Shown here piece by piece: positions 1 to 7,617 of a DNA stretch of 14,429 bases. Under the pieces are notes generated by a model that saw only the letters and a list, made by a program, of their open reading frames with translations, made no database searches and was not told where the DNA came from. How positions within the stretch are numbered: position 1 is the first letter of the stretch; each line of letters begins with the position of its first letter. This stretch comes from an uncultured archaeon (GTDB lineage Archaea > Asgardarchaeota > Lokiarchaeia > Sigyniarchaeales > Promethearchaeaceae): NCBI GenBank assembly GCA_964413395.1, contig CAYPTZ010000027.1:1-14429 (forward strand), in the 5' to 3' direction. The position numbers and the translations under genes were made by a program.

Positions 1-1
1 A

Positions 2-508
2 AATAAAAATAAAAAAAAACACAGGTCAATTAGAAACACTAGAATTATATTAGCAAGTTGGGATGCTGAAGAATCTGGTTTGAAAGGTGCTAAAGCATAT
101 TGCAATAAGCATATCGAAGAACTGAAAGATATACCTACTTGTGTTATTAATTTGGATAGTATATATTGTGAAAAAATAAGTATCTTAAAATCTGATATTA
201 ATGGAACAGCTAAATTATCTAAAAAATTGGCAGAAATTTTTCATAATATTGCAAATGATCTTCATTATCATAGTGATATAATTTCTTTTCCATTTATGGC
301 TGGAGGAACAGATGCTGGAGAATTTGGTAGGAAAAAAATTCCCGCTATTAGTATTGTTGCAATGCCCGCTATGACATATGATCCTAAATGTGTTTACCAT
401 ACTCCCAAGGATACTGTTGATGCTATTGAACCTCAGATTGTAGAAACACTTCTTAAGATAATTACTGAGTTAATTTATCAATATGATGATAAAAAATTTA
501 AATTGTAA
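2..508 (+). CDS. M28-family metallopeptidase (aminopeptidase), C-terminal portion. The frame is open to the 5' window edge, so the gene starts upstream.
   Basis: The frame stays open from position 2. The translation reads ...ILASWDAEESGLKGAKAY (M28 'AEE(x)GLxGS' catalytic Glu-Glu region), then ...MAGGTDAGEF and ...YHTPKDT (the M28 C-terminal His motif). TAA stop at 506-508. The ORF track begins at an internal TTG at 80. Confidence 0.6.
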   Translation, partial: NKNKKKHRSIRNTRIILASWDAEESGLKGAKAYCNKHIEELKDIPTCVINLDSIYCEKISILKSDINGTAKLSKKLAEIFHNIANDLHYHSDIISFPFMAGGTDAGEFGRKKIPAISIVAMPAMTYDPKCVYHTPKDTVDAIEPQIVETLLKIITELIYQYDDKKFKL

Positions 509-512
509 TAGA

Positions 513-524
513 ATAAAAAAAAAG
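513..524 (-). terminator. Poly-T run (A9 on the + strand) immediately 3' of the tRNA; archaeal-style oligo-T terminator.
   Basis: aaaaaaaaa at 513-521 gives T9 on the minus strand, directly after the tRNA discriminator base. Confidence 0.45.
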
Positions 525-606
525 CGCAAGTGAGGGGATTTGAACCCATGAACCTAATAGGCACCGGATTTCGAATCCGGCTCCGTAACCGCTTGGATAC
601 ACTTGC
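525..606 (-). tRNA. tRNA-Ser (anticodon CGA), class II with a long variable arm; CCA not encoded.
   Basis: Reverse complement reads GCAAGTG-TA-TCC..GGTT..GGA-G-CCGGA-TTCGAAA-TCCGG-(14-nt variable arm)-ATGGG-TTCAAAT-CCCCT-CACTTGC-G. The 7-bp acceptor stem is perfect. The D stem is 3 bp with the conserved GG in its loop. The anticodon stem is 5 bp with loop TTCGAAA (U33, anticodon CGA). The T loop is TTCAAAT. There is one T.C mismatch in the T stem. The region is GC-rich within AT-rich flanks. Confidence 0.8.
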
Positions 607-611
607 ATTTT

Positions 612-632
612 TTTTTATAGATATAAAAAGGA
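612..632 (-). promoter_or_regulatory. Putative archaeal TATA box / BRE for the tRNA.
   Basis: On the minus strand, ...cgcttccTTTTTATATCtataaaaaaaaa precedes the tRNA 5' end. The TATA-like TTTTTATA lies about 15-25 nt upstream. Confidence 0.3.
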
Positions 633-757
633 AGCGTAACAAAAAAAAATTCCTATTACTAATTCTGAACAATATTTTATACATTTTTTTTTATCTATTT
701 TAAAGAAATACCAGAATCCAAAAAAATTAAAGATAAAACCATATTAAATTACTTAAG

Positions 758-2116
758 TTGAACTTAAATACTCTAACAATTAAAGATATTCCCGCTTATT
801 CACAACATCCAAATGGATGCGGACTTTCAGCGTTATTAATGTTAGTTAATTTACCTAAAAATAAAGAGATTCAACAATTTTTAACCAAGGTTTGGGATAA
901 AGTAAAATTACTTTTTTTAAAACCAACTTATGAAAAACCAGAACTTCAATGGGCAATAGCTCTTCAATATATCTTATTAAAAGCAATCGGAAGAACAGAA
1001 AACAAAGATAAACAAAAGATATATGAATTTTTCACAAATCGGATGAATTACATCTATGACGATATTCGAGTAGTGAATACCTATAATCAAGAACAATTTC
1101 ATCATAATTTGTTGAATAATGATAAATCGGATGAAGGATATCTTTATTTACATTATACTGAAGATAATGACTATGTAACACCTCATATGCTTTTAGAAAA
1201 TCTTCATACTATGAAAACGGATTTAGAAATTAAAATTTTGGCAGAATTATTTAATTATGAATTTATTTACCAAACTAGTGAAGATATGACAGGTGCGATC
1301 TATTTTACAAACAAAGAATTAAAAAAAAAAATTGCCCAAAATACAAAAGTGAAATGGGGAAAATTAGAAAGATTGGCAAATCAAGATGATGTTCTTATTC
1401 TTTATGGCCAATATTTTCATTGGTTAGCAATTCGTGGTGTTTATCGTGAGTTTCAATTAAAAAACAAGAATATAAAAAAATATTCTAACATAAAAAAGAA
1501 ATATGATAGAAGTAGTCCAACTTATAGCCCACTTCAGGAAATTCAAGATATATTTGAAGATGAACATTTTGAAAATAGGGACTGGAATCCTAAAAAAATG
1601 TTTATTGAATTAAACGATCCTGCTCTTGAAAAAAAACTCCAAATCTCTTATAATGATCTGAGTGAAAGCGATAGATTTTATGTTTTTCAAAAGAGAAAAA
1701 ATACAGATTATTCTGTATTTAATGAAATTCTTAAACCACTTGAAAAAGATATTCGAAAAGAGATGGCTATATGGAAAGATTACCTAAATAATCGTGGAAA
1801 GAAAAATGGAATAAAAACATCAGCGAATCAAATTAATGATACAACTAACGATCTAGAAAACGATGTTATTCCTGAAGAAAAGATCCCTTTGGAAGAAAAA
1901 TCAGTCAATCTTAATCCCATTGAAGAAGCTTTTAATTTAATTCAAGCTAAACATAATATTGATGAAATATTAAATGATAAAATTCCTATTAAACAACTAG
2001 ATCCTGATATTCTGGAAAAGCAAACTGGAGACTTAAATCATATTAATAAAAAAGAAAAACCAAAACCGAAAAAAGGATTAAAAAAAAAACCTCGTTTTTA
2101 TGATATGATGGATTAA
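758..2116 (+). CDS. Papain-fold cysteine peptidase-like protein (C39-like / transglutaminase-like superfamily) with a long, highly charged K/E-rich C-terminal region.
   Basis: 452 codons with a TTG start; no in-frame ATG lies upstream of the putative catalytic Cys. N-terminal QHPNGCGLSALLM has Gln five residues before Cys, like the oxyanion-Gln/nucleophile-Cys of papain/C39. The later LILYGQYFHWLAIRGV is His-containing and hydrophobic, like the C39 His motif. The second half is low-complexity, ending KKEKPKPKKGLKKKPRF. Family assignment is tentative. Confidence 0.4.
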   Translation: MNLNTLTIKDIPAYSQHPNGCGLSALLMLVNLPKNKEIQQFLTKVWDKVKLLFLKPTYEKPELQWAIALQYILLKAIGRTENKDKQKIYEFFTNRMNYIYDDIRVVNTYNQEQFHHNLLNNDKSDEGYLYLHYTEDNDYVTPHMLLENLHTMKTDLEIKILAELFNYEFIYQTSEDMTGAIYFTNKELKKKIAQNTKVKWGKLERLANQDDVLILYGQYFHWLAIRGVYREFQLKNKNIKKYSNIKKKYDRSSPTYSPLQEIQDIFEDEHFENRDWNPKKMFIELNDPALEKKLQISYNDLSESDRFYVFQKRKNTDYSVFNEILKPLEKDIRKEMAIWKDYLNNRGKKNGIKTSANQINDTTNDLENDVIPEEKIPLEEKSVNLNPIEEAFNLIQAKHNIDEILNDKIPIKQLDPDILEKQTGDLNHINKKEKPKPKKGLKKKPRFYDMMD

Positions 2117-2148
2117 TTTTATAAAAAAAAATTCTTAATATATAATTA

Positions 2149-3357
2149 TTATTCATTTTGAGATTCTTTTTCTTTATGATCTAATTCAAATGGTCCAAAA
2201 CTTGAACAATAGGGACAATTAGATTCCTTTAATTCTTCTATTGTTTTTATTTTACATTTACTAGTTTGTCCAACTGGAATTAATCGTTTACAATTTAGAC
2301 AATAGTAATATCTTAAATTTTGGTTGAGTTCACCAGTGTAAATTTCATTCGTATATATACTATCATGTGATATGCTAGGAATAGTCTTTTGTGTGGTAAT
2401 CAATTGATAAATTTGAGTAATATTGCCTAAAATTCCTCCGCCTTCATAATAATTGAAACGCGGAATAATTTCTTTAATTGCAAGACCGTTTAGTGTAAAA
2501 ATATTCTGAATTTCTAATAATTCATCAGGAGATCGATGAGCATAGGATAAATATATTTGAGCTCCTGGGACTTCTCTTAATATTGAGATTGATCTTGAAA
2601 TTGAAAGGCTCAATCCATTCAATGTATATGGAGGATCTAATATTACGGTATCAAATTTATTAATGAGATTTTTCGGAACTGCTTTCCGATAATCCCATTG
2701 AACATAAGATGGAGAAACAAGTTCATCTTTCAAGATTGTTTGAATTCCATCCAAAATTCTTTTATCTATATCTATAATGGTTATTGCTTTTGGTAATAAT
2801 TTTGGATCTTCAGGGAAAAAGCCTTCATAAAGCCATGATACTGCTACAGAAGTGAAATCATCATCTCCTAAAAAACATATCGATTTACCCTCTAAAGCTC
2901 CATTTTTATATAAATAAAGTGCCCTTAAAATGTTTGTCTCCGTATCTGCAAAAGCTTGATCTAAAGTAGTATCTACTTTTGGTCTTAGTTGTAAAGCATT
3001 TTCCACTTTATCAAGAAGAGTATCCCATCGAGGCGATATATATATCGGCAATCCGCCACATTCCTCACAGTCAGGCAATCCATAACCATAAAATGCAAAT
3101 TCTTCTTCGACAAATCTCATTCCTTGCTCCGTATATAAAATACCTTCAGGTATCCTAGATAAGAGTTCTTTTTCAATCAAATAATTAACTATTTTTGAAA
3201 GCACCGATATTGGGATTAAAGTTTTATTAGATAAATCATGAAGAGAAATATGACCCGCTCGATATATTTCTCTTAATATAGTCAAATGACCTTCAATTCC
3301 TTCCCTTAGTTGAATTTGTTCTTGAAGTTTAAACAGAAAATTTGTCATTATTCGCAC
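2149..3357 (-). CDS. DUF43 / BpsA-like (branched-chain polyamine synthase-type aminopropyltransferase fold) protein with an N-terminal HTH-like region and a C-terminal 4-Cys zinc ribbon.
   Basis: 402 aa. It has the GDDD motif (CFLGDDDFTSVAVS) and the DPPYT motif (VILDPPYTLNG), which I recall as hallmarks of the DUF43/BpsA family. N-terminus reads GHISLHDLSNKTLIPISVLSKIVNYL (HTH-like). C-terminus reads CLNC-x21-CPYC. ATG start, TGA stop. Confidence 0.55.
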   Translation of the reverse strand: MRIMTNFLFKLQEQIQLREGIEGHLTILREIYRAGHISLHDLSNKTLIPISVLSKIVNYLIEKELLSRIPEGILYTEQGMRFVEEEFAFYGYGLPDCEECGGLPIYISPRWDTLLDKVENALQLRPKVDTTLDQAFADTETNILRALYLYKNGALEGKSICFLGDDDFTSVAVSWLYEGFFPEDPKLLPKAITIIDIDKRILDGIQTILKDELVSPSYVQWDYRKAVPKNLINKFDTVILDPPYTLNGLSLSISRSISILREVPGAQIYLSYAHRSPDELLEIQNIFTLNGLAIKEIIPRFNYYEGGGILGNITQIYQLITTQKTIPSISHDSIYTNEIYTGELNQNLRYYYCLNCKRLIPVGQTSKCKIKTIEELKESNCPYCSSFGPFELDHKEKESQNE

Positions 3358-3556
3358 CTTTTTTTGTAATAAATTTAAATTTTAACAATTTTTTAATAAA
3401 ATTGAATCAAATCAATTTAAGCTTATAATTTTGTCTTATCTACTTTAATTGACATCTTTAAATCCTACTAATATCATAAAAATTATTTAATATTTGAATA
3501 AAAAAAAAGAATATTTCTTTGAAAAATTGGTTTTTATTAAATTTAAAATATAATTT

Positions 3557-3907
3557 TTATTCCACAGGATTAAATACTTTTAGTCTTGAAGAGCTAGCGA
3601 TCTGTTTAATGATTCCTTCATCTTCTAAGGTTAAAAGTAATTTTTTAATTGCTGAAACTCGTATATCAAATTTAGCTGCTAATTCATTGGCAGTTATTGC
3701 TTTCATTTTTTTTATATCTTCTCGAAGTTTCTTTTCCATGGCTCTTGGAACATATGGATCTCTTTGTTTAACTTCAATTGTAGAGACTTTACCATATTTT
3801 TTTGCCATTTTTTTAACTTTAGAAAGAACTTCTGTTTTATCAATACGTTCAATATCTCCAGCTGCTTTTTTTGGAGCCTCGTAAGCTTTTTTTTCTTTCT
3901 TTACCAT
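3557..3907 (-). CDS. rps25e: Ribosomal protein S25e.
   Basis: 116 aa. N-terminus is Lys-rich (MVKKEKKAYEAPKKAAG...). C-terminal winged helix reads AITANELAAKFDIRVSAIKKLLLTLEDEGIIKQIASSSRLKVF, matching the S25e core (ITPsvLserlkIngSLARraLreLeekGlIk). The + strand ORF 3519..3884 is its antisense shadow. Confidence 0.8.
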   Translation of the reverse strand: MVKKEKKAYEAPKKAAGDIERIDKTEVLSKVKKMAKKYGKVSTIEVKQRDPYVPRAMEKKLREDIKKMKAITANELAAKFDIRVSAIKKLLLTLEDEGIIKQIASSSRLKVFNPVE

Positions 3908-4161
3908 AAAATTTCACATTAAATGTAATTAGTGATTATTATCAATAATTCTTAATCTCAAAAGTTATTCATATTTAAAAAATTTTATTACATTATCTTC
4001 ATTTCCGTTCCGAATTGCATCGCTATTTCTTAAATAACGAAAGAATAGAAAAGAAAATAATCATGAATAAATGCACTCAAATATTATATTCACTATAGCT
4101 AAACATCATTATTGATATTTTCAATGAGGATATAATTGAAATTATAATTCTTCTAACCTTC

Positions 4162-4860
4162 TTGAAAAAGAGTATTGAATCAAATATTTACACTAGGATT
4201 ATTATGTCAAAGAAAAAACAAGAACAAGCAAAAAAAGCCTATGAATTTTTTGTAAAACATGAACGACCAGAAGAAACTGTTGGTGATCCCCTTAAATTCT
4301 ATATTCAAAAAGAAGTGATTGAATATTCACAATCAAAAGCTCTTATGCGTATTCAAGAAGGAATTACAAAACGTGCATTACGTATAATAGAAATCCCCGC
4401 TCCTGCATTAGCATTAGATATTGGAATGGGATGTGGATTTGCTTCGACATTTTTACGTTTAAATCATTATCGCACTGTTGGAATTGATATAAACCAATTA
4501 TTTCTTACCTATTACCAAATTTCAGAATTAAATCCAGTGCTTGCAGATATGAGACAATTTGCTTTTCGGCCAGCCTATTTTGATTTTATTATTTCTATTT
4601 CTGCAGTTCAGTGGATATTAGCAGAAAAAAATTCTAATTTACGAAAAAAATATATTCAGCAATTTATAGAAATGTGTTCTTTTGTCCTAAAACCATATGG
4701 TAAAGTTATTATTCAATTTTATCCAAGATCTGACGATGTAATGAAAGAATTTGGTGGAATTATTAGCGATATGAATCTTTTTACAGGAAATTTTATCATT
4801 GATAATGCTGAAACTCCAAAAAAACGTAGAATCTTTTTATATTTAGAAAAAAAAGAATAA
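4162..4860 (+). CDS. Bud23/WBSCR22-like class I SAM-dependent methyltransferase (18S rRNA m7G-type), paralog 1. The true start is probably the ATG at 4204.
   Basis: Motif I LDIGMGCGFAS. FIISISAVQWIL is near-identical to the yeast Bud23 signature AISISAVQWLC. IIQFYPRS matches Bud23 FQVYPEN. C-terminal KKRRIFLYL matches Bud23 KKRKEFLVL. N-terminal ...FYIQKEVIEYSQS aligns with the Bud23 N-terminal helix. The TTG at 4162 and the ATG at 4204 are in the same frame. Confidence 0.7.
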   Translation: MKKSIESNIYTRIIMSKKKQEQAKKAYEFFVKHERPEETVGDPLKFYIQKEVIEYSQSKALMRIQEGITKRALRIIEIPAPALALDIGMGCGFASTFLRLNHYRTVGIDINQLFLTYYQISELNPVLADMRQFAFRPAYFDFIISISAVQWILAEKNSNLRKKYIQQFIEMCSFVLKPYGKVIIQFYPRSDDVMKEFGGIISDMNLFTGNFIIDNAETPKKRRIFLYLEKKE

Positions 4861-4903
4861 TTAGAATAATAGTTTAAATATACTAATCTGGAATTAGATA
4901 AAA

Positions 4904-5530
4904 TTGAGTCCAAGGAAGAATAACCGCCCATCAATTGATGAATATTTTGGTTTAGAAGCAAAAGCTTATGGCAATTCACAATGGATGGCTCGAAATCAAA
5001 TTCAAACAACTTCCGATGCCCTTTTGATGTTGGAAGATGAAAGGATTGGAGGAAAAATGAAAATCCCTAAAAATCAATTACTATTTCTTGATTTAGGATG
5101 TGGAACAGGATACTCTAGCCATGTAATATTAGAAACTCAAACAAGAGTTGTGGGTGTTGATTTTTCTCGAGATATGTTAGATCAATGTATACCTCATGAA
5201 AATCTTCATCTCATCCATGGAGATATGCGCTTTCTTCCTTTACGCACTAAAATTATTGATCATATCATTTCAATCTCTGCATTCAATTTTATTACAACTG
5301 GTGCCCATTCAAAAACAGATATGATTCAAAAGATCAAATCAACTTTTCGACAAATTGCCTCAATTATGAAAGCAAAAGGTCATATGGTTATTGAATTTTA
5401 TCCCACAGAATTTGAACAGGAAATATTTCTACAGGAATTAAAATTATCCTCATTTGATGGTGGATTAATTCTTCTTTATCCAAATAGTAAACGCGAAAAA
5501 AAATTTCTTTTACTAGTATTAAAATGTTAA
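4904..5530 (+). CDS. Bud23/WBSCR22-like class I SAM-dependent methyltransferase, paralog 2 (tandem to paralog 1).
   Basis: Motif I FLDLGCGTGYSS. HIISISAFNF matches the ISISAVQW signature. VIEFYPT and KREKKFLLLVL share the same C-terminal architecture as paralog 1. N-terminal RPSIDEYFG..AKAYGNS aligns with Bud23 PEIFYDDVEAAKYTSNS. TTG start; a 43-nt gap separates it from paralog 1. Confidence 0.65.
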   Translation: MSPRKNNRPSIDEYFGLEAKAYGNSQWMARNQIQTTSDALLMLEDERIGGKMKIPKNQLLFLDLGCGTGYSSHVILETQTRVVGVDFSRDMLDQCIPHENLHLIHGDMRFLPLRTKIIDHIISISAFNFITTGAHSKTDMIQKIKSTFRQIASIMKAKGHMVIEFYPTEFEQEIFLQELKLSSFDGGLILLYPNSKREKKFLLLVLKC

Positions 5531-5768
5531 TTAATACGATTTTAAATCTGATCTTTAGGATTGATTTTTTATTCTTTTCTTCAAATGGTAAAGCCTCTCA
5601 TGATATCAAATAATTCTGGAATTTTATCATTTCTTTTAATTTTTGGTGAACATTTAGAAACTTTTTAAAAATATTCCTTAAAACTCAAATTCTATATAAT
5701 TAAATGCTTCTTCTATAATAAGTAATTAAAGTTCTAAATTTATCAATAATATTTTATGGAAATGCATC

Positions 5769-6497
5769 ATGTCAGAGAAAAATAGCAAAAATAGTTCTAG
5801 TTATTCCATTATCACCTTTAGCTTCAAAGGAGTAAATCTCTATGTAATTAAAACAGAACAGAATTATTTTCTTATTGATACAGGTTTTGCTAGTATGCGA
5901 AACAAAATTGAAAAAGCATTAAACACCAGTGGATGTTGTTCTAAAAAATTAAAACTCATAATAATCACTAATGGGGATTCTGATCATACTGGAAATGCAA
6001 AATATCTGCGAGATAAATATGATGCCCCCATTGCAATGCATGCTTCTGATTTTGGGATGGTTGAACAAGGAAATATGCAATATAATCGTAAATCTGATCC
6101 TGATAAGTCTCAAGTCTATTTTAAAGTATTAACCTTATTCAATCATCTGGGAATTTTCGATAAATTCCATCCTGATATTTTACTCTAACATAATGATTCC
6201 CTCATACCTTATGGCCTAAATGCAAGGATCTTATCTTTACCAGGACACACTAAAGGATCTATTGGTATTTTGACTGATGAAGGAGACCTCTTTTGTGGTG
6301 ATCTCTTGATAAATATTGGGAAACCCCAATTTCACTCTTTAATTGACAATGTGGAGGAAGCTATAGCAAGTCTCAAAAGTCTTCAAACTCAAAATATACA
6401 CAATATTTATCCATGTCATGGAATACCTTTTTCGATTAATGATTTAAAACAGATAAATATACAATCTGTACTTCATCAAAAATCTACATTTTTATAG
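5769..6497 (+). pseudogene. Metallo-beta-lactamase-fold hydrolase interrupted by a single in-frame TAA (6186-6188); possible pseudogene, sequencing error or split gene.
   Basis: ORFs 5769..6188 and 6270..6497 are in the same frame (both coordinates divisible by 3), with no other stop between them. The first half carries MBL motif 1 (FLIDTG) and a degenerate motif 2 (ITNGDSDHTGN instead of HxHxDH). The second half carries LPGHTKGSIGIL, FCGDLL and PCHG (MBL motifs 3-5). Together they make one ~240-aa domain. Confidence 0.6.
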
Positions 6498-6518
6498 ATA
6501 AAATCCATTTATTCATAT

Positions 6519-7604
6519 ATGAAAGGCTGGGAAAAAAAATCGATTTACTCTAAATTATTAATTATTATTTCTTGCATTATTATTATCTCATTTTTGTTAA
6601 TAAGTATAATTATACCACTCTATAATATACCAGAATATAAATCCAACTCTTTCACAATAAATGACACAGAAGTTAATGATTTTAGCTATATATTACAATA
6701 TGAACCATATGAGTCTAAATCTAATGCAATTAATGCATTGAAAGAATCTGAATATGATTTATTAATTCTAGATTCAATTATTTTCGATCAACCTTGGAAT
6801 AATAATGAAATTCGTGAAATTAAAGAACAAGGACCGAAATTAAAAATATTATTATGCTATATTTCGATTGGTGAAGCAGAAGAATATCGTTCTTATTGGA
6901 ATGATGAATGGGACGCAGATAATGATGGTATTCCTGATGTTGGAGCTCCTGAATGGCTTGACAATGAGAATCCGGAATGGGAAGGAAATTATAAGGTGAA
7001 ATATTGGTTTGAAGAATGGCAACAAATAATATTTGGTTCTTCCTCATCTTTAGTGGATGTATCTATAGCCCAAGGTTTTTCAGGTATTTATATGGATATT
7101 GTTGATGGTTTTGAATATTTTTGGGAACAATGAGTGGTTGATGCAGATATGAAAATGGTTGACTTTGTAAAAAAAATTTCTGAGTATGCAAAATCAATTC
7201 AATCTAATTTTATAATTGTCCCCCAAAATGGTGAATATTTAGGACAATATGAACTCTTTTTAAGTGCTATTGATGGGATAGGACGAGAAGATATTTTCTT
7301 TAAGGATAATTCCCGAAATGACCCTGAAGAACAATATTATGTAGTAAAATATTTAAAATTCTTTTTAAAAGCTAATAAATTCATTTTAAATACAGAATAT
7401 TGTACACGATCAAACTTAATTGCAGAAGCTTATTCAAAATCCTATGAAAACGGATTTATATGTTATGTGGGCATAAGAGATCTTGATCAGATTATAATCC
7501 ATAGATATTTTGAGCCAAATCTAATTACAGCGAAATATTCTCTTATAAATTCTAAGAAATTGATGATTAATGAAAAGAAAGCAAATATAGATGCAAAAAA
7601 GTAA
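6519..7604 (+). pseudogene. GH114 / TM1410-like TIM-barrel glycoside hydrolase with an N-terminal signal anchor, interrupted by a single in-frame TGA (7131-7133).
   Basis: ORFs 6519..7133 and 7134..7604 share one frame, and the TGA is followed directly by GTG. N-terminus has a TM helix (LLIIISCIIIISFLLISIIIPL). LLCYISIGEAEEYRSYW matches the GH114 signature (vCYiSvGswEdwR). GIYMDIVDG matches GvfLDnvD. The downstream half (IIVPQNGEYL...IDGIGREDIFF) continues the family pattern (iipqNg...E.lfy). Confidence 0.55.
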
Positions 7605-7617
7605 AAAAAAAAAAAAA
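7605..7617 (-). terminator. Oligo-T run (A15 on the + strand) immediately after the stop of the minus-strand membrane protein gene; sits between convergent genes.
   Basis: gtaaaaaaaaaaaaaaatta lies between the + gene ending at 7604 and the minus gene ending at 7618. Confidence 0.4.

Noticed and set aside
215-400. 61-aa minus ORF inside the M28 peptidase gene
   Set aside because: It is antisense to a motif-supported CDS; a typical AT-rich random ORF.
478-684. 68-aa minus-strand ORF across the tRNA
   Set aside because: It overlaps the tRNA-Ser gene and its terminator/promoter, and the translation is low-complexity. Spurious.
1-757. Integrated mobile element at the tRNA-Ser gene
   Set aside because: No integrase or transposase, no direct repeat of the tRNA 3' half elsewhere in the window, and the flanking genes are ordinary peptidases.
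3519-3884. 121-aa + strand ORF overlapping the S25e gene
   Set aside because: It is the antisense shadow of the well-supported S25e CDS: low-complexity F/S/L-rich translation with no motif.
3908-4161. C/D-box sRNA or other ncRNA in the S25e/Bud23 divergent intergenic region
   Set aside because: No RUGAUGA...CUGA box pairs or GC-rich structured segment found. The region is just AT-rich promoter-like sequence with one short GC patch (ttccgttccgaattgcatcgc).
4719-5009. 96-aa minus ORF spanning the Bud23-1/Bud23-2 junction
   Set aside because: It is antisense to two motif-supported CDSs.
6186-7133. Alternative genetic code (TGA or TAA reassigned)
   Set aside because: Intact neighbouring genes terminate with TGA (BpsA-like) and TAA (M28, S25e, LRR and others), and two different stop codons are involved. 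Codon reassignment is therefore unlikely.
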